Origin: Octopus vulgaris
Lineage: Eukaryota
Direction: 5' to 3'
DNA: 64,000 nt
Assembly (NCBI GenBank): GCA_951406725.2
Contig: OX597825.1
Span: 76,508,001-76,572,000, forward strand
Part shown: positions 16,044-28,659 of the stretch, piece by piece
How positions within the stretch are numbered: the first letter of the stretch is position 1
How the letters are laid out: each line of letters starts with the position of its first letter
Notes under the pieces: generated by a model
Told to the model about the DNA's origin: nothing
Seen by the model: only the letters and a program-made list of their open reading frames with translations
Databases searched by the model: none
Made by a program: the position numbers and the translations under genes

Positions 16044-16470
16044 AGGCGTGGTTGTGTCGTAAGATGCTTGCTTCCCAACCACATGTTTCCAGGTTCAATC
16101 CCACTGCATGGCATCTTGGGCAAGTGTCTTCTACTATGGTCTTGGGCTGACCAAAGCCTTGTGAGTGAATTTGGTAGACAGAAACTGAAAGAAGCCTGTC
16201 ATATATGTATGTATATATATATATATATATATAAGTATATATATATATGTGTGTGTGTGTGTCTTTGTGTCTGTGTGTCCCACCACCATCACTTGACAAC
16301 TGATGATGGTGTGTTTATGTCTCCATAAGTTAACAGTTTGGCAAAAGAGACTGATAAAATAAGAACCAGGCTTACAAAGAATAAGTCAATTTCTTCAACT
16401 AAAACTCTTTAAGGTGGTGCTCCAGTATGGCCGCAGTCAAATGACTGAAACAAGTAAAAGAATGAAAGAG
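16044..16470 (+). mobile_element. tRNA-derived SINE (family 1), near full length
   Basis: Head, internal (TA)/(TG) tract and GAAACAAGTAAAAGA tail as at 10006. Confidence 0.8.
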
Positions 16471-16740
16471 CTGGAAGAAAAACTGCTAAGCATTTTGTCT
16501 GACATGCCAACAATTCTGCCAGCTTGCTGCCTTTTCTTATTTTGTCACAAACCCAGCAGTTTTAGGAGGACCCAGTCTCAGTTGATTGTATCAAAGCCAA
16601 TACTTGCAGCCTTAATAATATTATCATAGAGAGTGCATGGGTACACTAAAAGCCATTGGAAAAGGATAGAATGGGACAGAAAGCAGCAATGAGTCATGTA
16701 AAGAAAGACAGCAATGAAAGACAAAATTACCTGCACAATA

Positions 16741-17137
16741 TCTTTATATATAAAAGTGAAGTTGTGTGCTGTCTGTCTCCTACGATTTAGATTCCTAACT
16801 ACTCCCACATTTTGCGGTGCAGTTTAACCAAAAGCGGGTATCTTATAGTCGTGATTCATATCGAGCCCTTCTGGGTATTAGCGTGCGTCTACGATGAGTC
16901 TACGATTTAAAAAAAAATTTACCATCAATTTTTCCCAATTTTAATGCATTTTTGGCATATATAAGGGAAGTAACTCTCTAAAAATTTATTATTAAATCTC
17001 AGAACGTAAAAAGCTACAGTAACACCCTCCACTTTGTGGTTAGCCATATTGAGATGGCTATTATACTTTACATCTCTAAAAATGCTTATATAGTTATTTC
17101 CCTTACAAACCCGAGCAACGCCAGGCGATACTGCTAG
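16741..17137 (+). mobile_element. Non-autonomous Helitron, family A copy 2
   Basis: A|TCTTTATATATAAAAG...CCCGAGCAACGCCAGGCGATACTGCTAG|T. Confidence 0.88.
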
Positions 17138-18256
17138 TACAGCATAAAACAAAAAGACAACAAATAGTAAACATGCCATAAAATGCATGCACACACATGC
17201 ACAAAAACACACATACATACATACACACACATGCACAAAAACACACATACATACATATACACACATGCACAAAAACACACATACATACATGCACACACAC
17301 ACAAGCACACACAAATGCACATGCATACAAACACACACATAAACACATGCACACACACACACACACACAAGGGCACACACTCATAAATGCATGCACACAC
17401 ATGCACAAAAACACACATACATACATGCACACACACACACAAGCACACAAACACACACAAATGCACATATGCACATCATGCACACAAACACACACATAAA
17501 CACATGCACACACACATAAACACATACATGCACACACATGCACACACATCACCACCACCACCTCCCACTGAAATTATGTATTTGGGAAGTGAACTTAACT
17601 ATATAGTTATGCCTTTTGTTGATTGAGACCACTATTAGAGTCCGGGGTGGGGGGCGGTTTCTTTGTCTTTTATCTTATCTCACTGCAACTGATAACCTTA
17701 TTTTTATCTTCTCAAAAATTGTGGTATCTAAATTGCACAGTACTGAGAAAATGACATATAATAACTGTTGACCTTTGGCTTCTGACCTCATTAGTTGACA
17801 AAAGTTCAGCTCAAATTTCAGTTCTCTCAATGTCACTACAACATAGACATGAAAGTATTCCACATGATAATTTTTGTAAGGTAAACCTCTTTCAAAATAA
17901 CATTTTTGGGACCCAATATGCTTTCACCACAATGCGCATTGAATATAACACTGTTTTAAGATATTAATATGTTTGCGTGAGGATGTGTGTGTGTGTGAGA
18001 GAGTGAGAGTAAAGAAGTTACGATTATGTATTGAGGTAGTTATTTAGTTTTGTACATACAGATTTGATGTCAATATAACAAGTGTGGGTTAGTTTTTAAA
18101 GCAGAACAGATCAAAACAGTTTTTAAAGCAGACAAACTGAAATAGTTTGTAATTAACCCACACTAGAATAATTATTAGACAATTATAAAAAAAAATTTCT
18201 CAAATTGTATGTCATGCACACAATGACTCACATAGAGTGACATACACAGACATATA

Positions 18257-19297
18257 CAGAGGTTGGACAAAATAATTGGAACAGTAAAAACTCCAATATT
18301 TCAACGAGCCATTATATTAAGAATATCCATCCAAATTTCAAGTGAGGGTATTTTCTTTTTTTTTTTTCTGTATTATAGATGGTTTTATTAATCTAATTCA
18401 ATGATTATTTCTATCTCTTTTTCAGATCGTAGTATAAGTTAAGGTAAGATGTGTGACCTCACTGAGTTCGAAAAAGGACATATTTGTTGGAGCTCAAATG
18501 GCAGGAGCTTCCGTCAATAGTATAGCTGAACTCCTTGGTTCTTGAAGAGCTAGCAAATCAAGGACCATGACTGAATTTGAGAAGGAGGGCAAAACCTCCA
18601 GCAGGAGGAGTAAATCCGGCAGGACTCTGAATCTCACTGAAAGAGACCAACGATTGTTTAATCGTACTATGATCAAAAATCAGACAACTGCCCCTAAAAT
18701 GACTGCAGAGTTGAGTCAACATCTGACTAGTCCAGTTTTGACAAAAACTGTTTGCAGTGAGCTCATTAAAGCCAGATATCATGGAAGAGCCGCCATCAGG
18801 TAACCTCTGCTTTCTCATCAAAACATTCAGAAAAGGCTAAGCTGGTGTAGAGATCACAATGGCTGGTTGACAGACCAATGGGAGCAAGTAATATTCTCCA
18901 ATGAGCCTAGTTTTTCTCTTTTCCTCACTGCAGGGCAGGTTTTTGTGTTGAGGCAGCCCGGGGAAGCTTTTAATTCAGACTGCCTTCTTCTTACAATGAA
19001 GCATAGAGGAGAGTTTGTGATGGTTTGGGCAGCCATTTCTTGGAATTCTCTTGGTCCAAGTGGTGCATATTGGAGAGACAAGTTAGAAGTTGTTACCTTC
19101 CATCAACGTGTCTGCAACAGCTGGAGCAGGTTTTGCAGGAAGAATGGCTCAAGATTCCTCTCAATGAAGTCAGGAAGCTGTATGAATCAATTCCTTTATG
19201 TATTGAAGCTGTTCAGAAAGCTAAAGGAGGACCAACTCCGTATTAGATAAATATTCATTGAATTTAACACATGTCCAATTATTTTGTCCAACCCCTG
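18257..19297 (+). mobile_element. Tc1 transposon, dead and internally deleted
   Basis: TIRs CAGAGGTTGGACAAAATAATTGGA / TCCAATTATTTTGTCCAACCCCTG with TA on both sides. Transposase remnants MCDLTEFEKG, WEQVIFSNE, VMVWAAISW and AKGGPTPY; frameshifts and a deletion near 19060. Confidence 0.9.
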
Positions 19298-19472
19298 TAT
19301 ATATGTGCACACAATCTGACATTTATGCTCAGGCATAGCTGTATGCTTGAGAATTTTGCTTCCCAACCACATGGTTTCAGGTTCAGTTGCACTGTGTGAC
19401 ACTATAGCCCCAGGCTAACCAAAGCCTTGTGTGTGGATTTGGTAGACAGAAACTTAAAAGAATCTATCCTAT

Positions 19473-20285
19473 ACAGGGTGTTCCATAAAGGGTGCTGAAT
19501 TTGAAAGGTGAATAATGAAAACAAATTTTTATAAATATAGTTATATTCTGCATATTTCTAATGAGTTATGTCTCCTGTTTAGGTATGGAATACAATGTCT
19601 GTCATATGTCCACCTGCACTGAGTTGGCATACATTAATGTGCTTCTCAAAATTTCCGATAACTCTCTCACAGATGTGTGGTCAGATGCTTTCAATCATAC
19701 ACCTGATTTCAGCCTTGAGTTCAGAAATGGTGTGTGGTTTCTTGATGTATACTTGTGATTTCACATACCTCCATAAGAAGAAATCACAAGGGATAAGATA
19801 AAAGGACCTTGGTGGCTATTGCTGGCCACCATGCAAGAATATCACTTGTTGCAGAAATTTATCATGGAATAACGCAAGCATTTGCCAGGAAATGTGGCAA
19901 GTCACTTGATTCTTCCAAAACCAGAGGTTATCAATCTCCATATCTTCCAAGTTCAGCCATAACTGAGTGGACATTTTGTCTCCATAATGTTCTCCATTAA
20001 TGGTAACTGCATTCACCTCATCATTTTCAAAGAAGAACGTCAAAGCATACCACTTGCCCCAAAACCACACCACACAGATGCTTTCAGTGGATGCATTATT
20101 TGAGGATTTTCATTTCCTTAAATCTGTCAGTTCTGTTTATTGAAGTGGAAGTGGGCCTCGTCACTGAAGATGATTTTCTTTGCAAAATTTTCATAAGTTG
20201 CAAGTCTCTCCACAACCTAGTCAACAAATTTCCTTCACCTCCTGTGGTTAGGTGGCTGAAGATGCTGTGTAAGTTGAATTTTGTA
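19473..20285 (-). mobile_element. Tc1/mariner superfamily element, maT (DD37D)-like, 3' half
   Basis: End reads TA-CAGGGTGTTCC; minus strand has FFFENDEVNAVTINGEHY and a decayed PPRS...PCDFFLWRYVKSQVY motif. Confidence 0.72.
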
Positions 20286-20286
20286 T

Positions 20287-20342
<56 letters not shown>

Positions 20343-20396
20343 TAATAATATCAAAAATACATTAGCAATGAGAACCCAGGTTCGAAATTTCCCCAA

Positions 20397-20442
20397 GTCA
20401 CCTGATGAATGCTGGAGGGTATAACAGCTGAAACATTGTGTT
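20397..20442 (+). ncRNA. Minimal hammerhead motif (decayed) in a ~200-bp element next to (AAT)n
   Basis: GTCAC CTGATGA AT-GCTG-GAGGGTATAA-CAGC-T GAAA CA TT GTGTT. Canonical boxes and stem I CAC/GTG are present; the helix III palindrome is apparently broken (AACATT). Confidence 0.55.
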
Positions 20443-20499
20443 AACAACAAGCAAATGTAAATAATGTACATAATTCCTCGTCTCTTAAATATAGAACTG

Positions 20500-21275
20500 T
20501 TACCACCTTCAGCTCCATTTTTCCAAATTACATCTTTCTTTTTAAATGAAACCAGCTTATCTATCAAAGTGAGAATGTTTTCATCTCTACCTTTCATACT
20601 TGCATTGGCACTATTAATTTGTGCAAATATCTCTTTTAAATATTCCAGCTTGAAAACCAAGATTTTATATTGTAGAGTTTCCGAGAAGTGTTTATTTTTT
20701 ACTTCTTTAAAAAAATGCATGCAATTCCTACTGGAGTTCATGCGTGTGACGTAGCACCTTACCTTCTGGGAACCATCTGATTTTTGTGTGTAAAAGTAAG
20801 TGCTTGTGCTGGGAATTCATAACACAAATTTGTTCAAATAAGTGACTTTTTAATGGCCTTCTTTTAACATAATTAACCATTTAATACTTGCTTTAACTCA
20901 ACTGGTGTTTCTTTTAAAACTAATACCTCCCTATGCAGGAAGCAATGAGTATGTATATCATTAGGATTTTGCTGTTGTATGAGCAATACAAAAGTTTTAA
21001 TAGAGCCTAGCATAGATGGTGCCCCATTGGTACATATTCCAACACATGAATTCCATGATAAATCACATTTTTCAAGATAGGCAGATAAAATGTCAAAAAT
21101 ATCTTGACCTCTTGTAGTGAGTGGCATTTCTTCACAACAAAAGAACTGATTCATAATTTGGTTACCATCAATAAAGTGAAGGAATACAAGTAATTCTGCT
21201 TTGGTGCTAATGTCAGTTGATTCATCAACCAGCAGAGCAAATTCTAAGTTCTGAAGTTTGTTCTGTACATTTACC
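20500..21275 (-). mobile_element. hAT (Charlie/ZBED8-like) transposase fragment
   Basis: FALLVDESTDIS, LSWNSCVGICTNGAPSM and HTHCFLHRE motifs, with frameshifts. Confidence 0.88.
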
Positions 21276-21415
21276 TCTGGTGCTTATTTTATTGACCTGG
21301 AAAGGATGAAAGGCTAAGTAGACCTTGGTAGAATTTGAACTCAGAACATAAAGACAAGGGGAAATGCGCTCAGCTTTCTGCCTGGCATGTTAACGATTCT
21401 GCCATCTCACCATCT

Positions 21416-21449
<34 letters not shown>

Positions 21450-22254
21450 GCTGCTGCTACCACTACTACCACCACCACCACTACCACCACCACCACCACC
21501 ACCACCAACAACAACAACAGCAACAAAACGTTTTCTTTATGTACCCCTAAGGGTTCACTAAAGGCATTGGGGGATGTTACGGGACAATACAGTGTGAGGT
21601 TACATAAAAAGTCATGTAAAAAAAAAAACAGTAACAAAGTAAAATTATTACAATAAGTGATTTCCCAAATGAGGGGAATTATTCACTGTTGCTGCTCGTG
21701 GAGAACCCACAAAACCATGGTCACCCTGACCATTAGGGTAAGTACCCTCTCTGCATTTTTCTTCTTCAACCTAGAGGCACACGCTTTGAGTAGGCCCATT
21801 CACCTTGGCCATCCTTGTAACATTCACAATAATGTAACAAACATCCTATCTAGTTCAGAGTTCACCATATGTTACACTAAACCAAGCAGGTGTAGGTTTT
21901 ATTTCCAGGTAGCAGTAGTGGGCTTTATGATGTACCGCTTGTTGAATTAATTACTGAAGAAGCGTATGTATTTTAGAAGACACCATATGTTACATCGTCA
22001 TCATCACCATCACCAACATCATTGCTGCTGTTGCCATTGTCATCATCTATCATCTGTTCTCAGTAGGCTGACTATCACATATTGCCAGCTTGATCTTTGA
22101 TCTTTCGTGTGTGCTCCTTTTTTATATACGTCCACTATATTTTAATGTCTGTCCAATTCTTGATATTATCCCTGCACATAATTCTTCCTTTCTTTTCTTT
22201 CAGTCTTTGATCAGATCTTTGTAAACCATTTTTTTATCATATTATCATTATCAT

Positions 22255-23345
22255 CATCATCATCATCGTATAGCGTCCGCTTTCCATGCTGGCATGGGTT
22301 GGACTGTTTGACTGGGGTCTGGGAAGCCAGAAGGCTGCACCAGGCCAGTCTGATCTGGCAATGTTTCTACGGCTGGATGCCCTTCCTAACGCCAACCACT
22401 CCATGAGTGTAGCAGGTGCTTTAGGGAGCATGAGTCAATAAGTGAGAGTAACAGACAGACAGACAGACAGACGGAGAGATAGAGGGAGAGAGATGTAAGT
22501 GTTTGAATTAACTGAGAAAGACCTAAAGATTATGTGACAAAATATAATCATATTTCTTTTATTATCTTTTATTTTTTGCATTTTACTTGTTTCAGTCATT
22601 TGACTATGGCCAGGCTGAGGCACTTCCTTGAAGAATCTTTAGTTGAATGAATCAACCCCCAATCCTTTCTTTTTCTTGCCTTGTATGCATTCTATTGGTC
22701 AGTTTTGCTGAACCACGAGGTTATAGGGATGTTAACATACCAGCACTGGTTGTCAAGCAGTGGTGGTAGGGCAAACACAGACAGAAAGATACACACATGT
22801 GTGCGCGCACACACACACACACACACAAACTCAAACATACACACACACACTTATTCACCACACATGTACACACAAAGACACACACACACATCATCATCAT
22901 TTAACGTCCATTTTCCATGCTAGCATGGATTGGACGGCTCAACTGGGGTCTGGGAAGCCAGAAGGCTGCGCCAGGCCCAGTCTGATCTGGCAGTGTTTCT
23001 ACAGCTTGATGCCCTTCCTAACGCCAACCACTCCATGAGTGTAGTGGGTGCTTTTTATGTGCCACCGGCATGGGGGCCAGATGAGGCTGGCAATGGCCAC
23101 AATCGGATGGTGCTTTTTACGTGCCACCGGCACGGAGGCCAGTCGGGGCAGCGCTGGCAACGGCCACGTTTGGATGTTTCTCTTACGTGAACATGCTTCA
23201 TTCAGTTTCCATTTACCAAATCCACTCACAAGGCTTTGATCATCTCGAGGCTATAACTTAAGACACTTGCCCAAAGTGCCATGTAGTGGGACTGCACTTG
23301 GTACCATGTGATTGGGTAATAAGCTTCTTACCACACAGCCATGCC
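22255..23345 (-). mobile_element. Cluster of RTE-tail repeats and a family-1 SINE with nested insertion
   Basis: (GAT)n-ended tail copies at ~22255-22420 and ~22890-23170; the latter is nested inside a family-1 SINE spanning ~22575-23345. Confidence 0.7.
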
Positions 23346-23389
23346 TCAGCCTATTTCATTGGAATTCCTAAAGAAATTCATGAAGCTGA

Positions 23390-24365
23390 CAGTCTGTCAG
23401 TTATAATGATGGGTGCTCTAGATGATCCAATCAACAGGACAGCGTACACATGAAATTAACATGCAAGTGGCTGAGTACCCAAGGTGTATATTCCGGGTGT
23501 GCAAAGTGTGTGCTGCACACCCATCAAAAATAGCAAATTCATTATAAATATTAATATTACTCATTAATTTAATCACAAATCTTAATGGAAAATTTTTGTT
23601 ATACCCTCTGCTTGAAATTTGGTGGTATTAGAGCTGGTAGAATCGTTAGCACATCGGGCGAAATGCTTAGCGGTATTTCGGCTGCCGTTATGTTGTGAGT
23701 TCAAATTCCGCCGAGGTTGACTTTGCCTTTCATCCTTTTGGGGTCGATAAATTAAGTACCAGTTACGCACTGGGGTCGATGTAATCGACTTAATACCTAT
23801 GTCTGTCCTTGTTTGGCCCCTTGTGGGTAATAAATAAATAGGTATTAGGTGTGGCAGCATACCCAATAAAACGACCACCATACACCACTGCTGAGCACTC
23901 CATAGGTGTGCATATGTGTAACATAGTTTACAGGGAGATTCAGTATGGCACAGAATGTGACAAGGCTGGTCCTTTGAATTACTGGTATTGAGCTAGCAAG
24001 GCGGCGAGCTAGCAGAAACGTTAGCGCGCCGGGCGAAATGCTTACTGGTATTTCGTCTGCCGTTACGTTGTGAGTTCAAATTGCGCCAAGGTCGACTTTG
24101 CCTTTCATCCTTTCAGGGTTGATAAATTAAGTATCAGTTACGCACTGGGGTCGATGTAATCGACTTCATCCTTTTGTCTGTCCTTGTTTGTCCCCTTGTG
24201 GGTAGTAAAGAAATGGGTATTATTCATTTTCGCCAGCTGAGTGGACTGGAGCAACATGAAATACAGTGCCTTGCTCAAGGTCACAGTGTGTGGTGGGGTA
24301 TCAAACTCATGACCTGATGGTCATCAGCCAACAACCCTAACCACTAAGCCATGTGCCTTCAACAC
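23390..24365 (-). mobile_element. Old SINE (family 3) interrupted by a MITE-like piece and two family-2 SINEs
   Basis: The host SINE breaks at GGCTGAGTAC (~23480) and resumes at GCTGAGCACTCC (~23890); family-2 SINEs on + at ~23631-23845 and ~24000-24215. Confidence 0.6.
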
Positions 24366-25029
24366 ACATTTAACGGACATAGATAATTTTATTTGTTGTA
24401 AACTGGGTTAACATAAGTGTTTCGATCCAACGAATAACTAGGTCAAAATTGGGAGTGGGGATTTGATACCAAATAATGTCTGTACATGTAGCCTGACAAG
24501 CAAGTAGGAATGTGGGAAAAGAATACGTTCATATGTTATCTTTATTAGAACTTTTAATACTGAACAGCAGAGAGGGTAGAGAATTAACAACTGAAATGAA
24601 AGACTCAGGTCGCACCTCAGATCATGTCATAGTTGTAAAAACAGCAAAACAAATTATCCTTGTTTTTATTTTCATAATAAAATTAATGAGGTTATTGTAT
24701 TATAGGGTGCACATGTACTACTAATTGTTGCTTTCTGTCCCATCTTTTAGCCTTTTTATTGAAAAATATTAAAACACAGGGGACAGGAAGCAGCAGTAAG
24801 TTAAGTAAGGAGACACAACAATGAACAAAAGAAGAAAACACACACACACACATACATATACATATACATACATACATACAGATATACATACACACACACA
24901 TACATACATACAGACATACATACATACATATACACACACACACACACACACATACATACATACATACATACATACATACATACATACATACATACATACA
25001 TACATAACACACATAAACACAGACACAAT

Positions 25030-26170
25030 AATCAAAGTACCTACTTCTAATGACCTCACATTAAGACCTATAAAAGCAGGTCTCGCATGCGAAACCCACT
25101 GCCTAAGTAACTTTTTAGAAACCCTTTTAAAACCATTCTTCAAGCATATCAAAGCGACACAAGGGATGACCTTGATATGCTCGGTCACCTCCCTGAAACA
25201 ATAAATAAAAGCACCCTACTAGTATCCTTCGATGTAGTCAACCTCTAATCTCATATCCCCCACAGCTTAAGAATAGAGGCAATCCAATTCTGGCTAGAGA
25301 ATTACTCCAATGAACTCCCACACCGCATCCAAAAAGAATTCATAATAAAAGGGCTAAAATTCATTTTGGAGAATAACTTTTTGTCTTCAAAGACAACTTC
25401 TAATGACAAAAATTGGGGACTGCGATGGGTACAAGAATGCCTCCCCCCTCCTTTGCTAACCTAGTCATGGGATATCCAGAAATCAGTCTTTATCGTAAGG
25501 TACTAGAGAAATATGGCAACCCATTCTTCCTCTACATAGAAAATAACTGGAAGAGATACCTGGATGACTGTTTCATTCTTTGGCATGAAAGTATAGAGAG
25601 ACTTAAAGAATTTCAAATACTTATAAATGCACTTGACGTAAACATTCAATTCATGATGTGATATAGCCAGCAACAACTTCCATTCCTCAACATCCTTATT
25701 AAGAAATCCAACAACAAAATAGAAACAGATATATATTGAAAGCCCACAGAAACCAAGCAATATCAACTATTCAACTCATGCTACCTCAGACACACTAGAA
25801 TGAATATCCGCTTCAATCTGGCAAAAAGGGTTTGTACTATAGTTTCTAATAGAAGCACCAGGGACACACAACCACATGAACTAAAGGATACATTCATTAC
25901 CAGGAACTACCCCACCTATCACTAATTGATATAGGCTTTCAACGTGCCCTATAACTCAACATCCATAAACTCAGACATCCCAAACTAAAGAAGGATTTAC
26001 AATCAAAAGCCTTACCATACATCTCCACACACAACCCCCTTAACAATGAAGCCTTTGATACTACTGTCCAGAACATTCCTCTACTGAAAAGGGACCACAG
26101 AATGAATCTAATTCTCCAAACGCACACCATCATAAAGAGCAAAATTTTTTCAGAGGCCCTTAAAATACTA
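25030..26170 (+). mobile_element. Penelope-like element reverse transcriptase, decayed
   Basis: LRPI, LVSFDVVNL, ILENNF, GTAMGT..PSFANLVMG, WKRYLDDCFILW, LPFL and ETDIYxKPT motifs with stops and frameshifts. Confidence 0.9.
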
Positions 26171-26903
26171 TTGTAGATTGTCAATTTACTATTTTGTTGA
26201 GTGAACCTCCAAAAATCATATAGCGACCCTCAGGAACCTTTTAGACTCTGGTCAAGAACCACTGGTTTATACAAAACACAAAATGCACCAATCCGATCGT
26301 GGCCGTTGCCAGCCTCGCCTGGCACGTAAAAAGCACCCACTACACTCACAGAGTGGTTGGTGTTAAGAAGGGCATCCAGCTGTAGAAACACTGCCAGATC
26401 AGACTGGAGCCTGGTGCAGCCTTCTGGCTTCCCAGATCCCCGGTCGAACTGTCCAACCCATGCTAGCATGGAGAACGGACGTTAAACGATGATGATGATG
26501 ATACATTATGTGTGTGTGACTGATACTGTTTACATTACAAGAGCCGCTATTCATTTGTAACTTAATCTTCTTTCATGTGTGCTATGTCATAGCACATCAG
26601 CAGATAAACTTCACTCTATTTGCATATATGTCACAGACGAGTGATTCATTTTGTTTCAAGGTGACCTGAGTATATGCTACTGATAAGCCACAATAATGGT
26701 GAACTATCAGTATCTACTATTCTCGATCATTTTGGGGGTATGTTGCCTCACCTGGTCTGTGATACTCAGTGTTCTTTGATACTCAGGATTGTGTATGAAA
26801 CTTCCCCTGGAAGCTTTTCCACAGCAAATGGGTATTTAAGCAAAACACATGCACTATGTATACGTGCAACAGATAATGTTTACATTACTTTCGCTCCTTT
26901 CAA

Positions 26904-27540
26904 TCTCTCTATATATAAAACTGAGAATGTGTGTCTGTCTGTCTGCGTGTTTCCCTAAAACTTGAGAACTACACAACCAATTTCATTCAAATTTTACACA
27001 TGCCTTACTTAGGGTCCATGTAGTTTCATGGGCAAAAAAGTTCAACTTCTTGCCTAGAGCGAGCCCATAGCAATATCATATCTTCTCCACTATTTCAGTA
27101 TTACGTATTAAAAGTGAAACAAAAACATTTCTCTATTTTATGCCAGATACTTTCACTTTAACAATAAAAATAATAATAACAATTGAATTATATGTAGTAA
27201 GTAATAATTAAAATCAAACTAAAGTATAATATAATCATAACATAACAAAAGTAAAAATAGCAATTGGTATAAAATTGCATCAATGACTTGAACTTGAATA
27301 AGTGGTTTCACATGAATGGGAATAAATTAAAAATAAAATTAGCGTGCAGAAATGGAATAGTCCTACAATTCCAGTCTGTTATATATTTTCAGTATTGTTA
27401 TCACTAGTGATATCAAGATATAACTTTGTATTTTGTATTTTATGTGTAGATGTATATATATATATAGATGTACATGTAATATGTACACATATATACATGC
27501 ACTAGCACTATGATCCGACAAAGACGGGTCATAATGCTAG
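26904..27540 (+). mobile_element. Non-autonomous Helitron, family B
   Basis: A|TCTCTCTATATATAAAAC 5' end, hairpin GATCCG-ACAAAGA-CGGGTC, 3' CTAG|T. Confidence 0.8.
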
Positions 27541-27609
27541 TTAATAATAAATACAGCAGGCATGTAAATATATATATATACATATTTAATAATAATAATA
27601 ATAATAATA

Positions 27610-28080
27610 ACAATAATCCTTGGATGGAATTTATAAACATTTAATGCATCTCTATCTGCGTTTCCACAGATTACATGTCTCTTAAGATCACAGCCCATAT
27701 TCCTGGGATGATTACAGTACAATCCATAATATCCATGGGCATCGGGTTGATCATCTTCATGGATTCATTTCTTCAGGTGATCTCACATTAATGGATGTTC
27801 AGCAGAAGGATGTTTATCAGTGTGAATGTTGCCTGGGTTATGTCTGTTATGTCATAACTCAGTCAACTTTTACACTGGTCAAAAGGAATAAATATTCCTC
27901 TGTTGAACATCCATTAATGTGAGATCACCTGAAGAAATGAATCCATGAAGATGATCAATCCGATGCCCACGGATACAATGGACTGTAATCATCCCAGGAA
28001 TATGGACTGTGATCTTAAGAGACGTGTGATTTGTGGAAATGCGGGTAGTGATGCATTAAATTCTGTCCAGGGGTTATTGT
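27610..28080 (+). other. Long fold-back (~220-bp stem, ~10-nt loop); candidate hairpin RNA or foldback element
   Basis: 27610-27842 pairs with 27853-28080 with three bulges; the central ~55 bp (27747-27800) are perfectly complementary. Confidence 0.85.
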
Positions 28081-28483
28081 TTTTATTAAAAAACTGGTTC
28101 ACCTGTCAGTATCATCAGACTGTGGCCAGCATAATGGAAGAGAGCTTTATTTGCATATTCAAAAACGTTTCCTGTAAAGAAATTTAAAAGATATGTATGT
28201 GTGTGTGTGTAATGTTATAATGAAAATCACAAGCCTTGAGAAATATAGTTATCCAAGGGGTTCTCTAGCTTAAACATTACCTTATTTTACCATTTTTCCA
28301 GCCGGGTACAAGACTGTTTGCCAGTTGCTTTTTAAGCAAATGTCATTTAAACAAGGAACGCTGCAAAGGAAAAATATAGGGGAGATAACCAACGTTAAAA
28401 TAAATGTCAAAAAGATATAAACAAGATAATCGTTTACGATGTGTCTGTAGTCTATTTTTAAATTCTACCAAGATGTATGTTTC

Positions 28484-28659
28484 AAAATGCAAACAAAGGA
28501 AATAGAATCTCGTTCCTGGAATCTATGTGGTCGTTTGAGGCTATCGAGTTCTTTAGGATACCCTCCAGTTTTTCAAGGAGAACATACTGAACATCTTTTT
28601 GACCTGTTGATATAGGGTCTGGTTTTGGAAGTGATTTTCCATTTGATGTTGTAGTTTGT
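28484..28659 (-). mobile_element. Penelope-like GIY-YIG endonuclease C-terminal fragment
   Basis: Minus strand reads TNYNIKWKITSKTRPYINRSKRCSVC/LEKL...SRNEI...CLH; aligns by eye with 39944-40198. Confidence 0.65.

Noticed and set aside
17180-17550. Regularly spaced repeats that might suggest a CRISPR-like array
   Set aside because: CA-rich minisatellite without unique spacers, in eukaryotic DNA.
26660-26960. 94-aa ORF in unique-looking DNA with splice-like sites
   Set aside because: No recognisable motif, and the ORF runs into a Helitron end.
28210-28360. SECIS candidate downstream of the PLE endonuclease fragment (ATGAC...AAAAA on the minus strand)
   Set aside because: Lacks the 3' GA of the non-Watson-Crick quartet, and no in-frame Sec-type TGA is evident.
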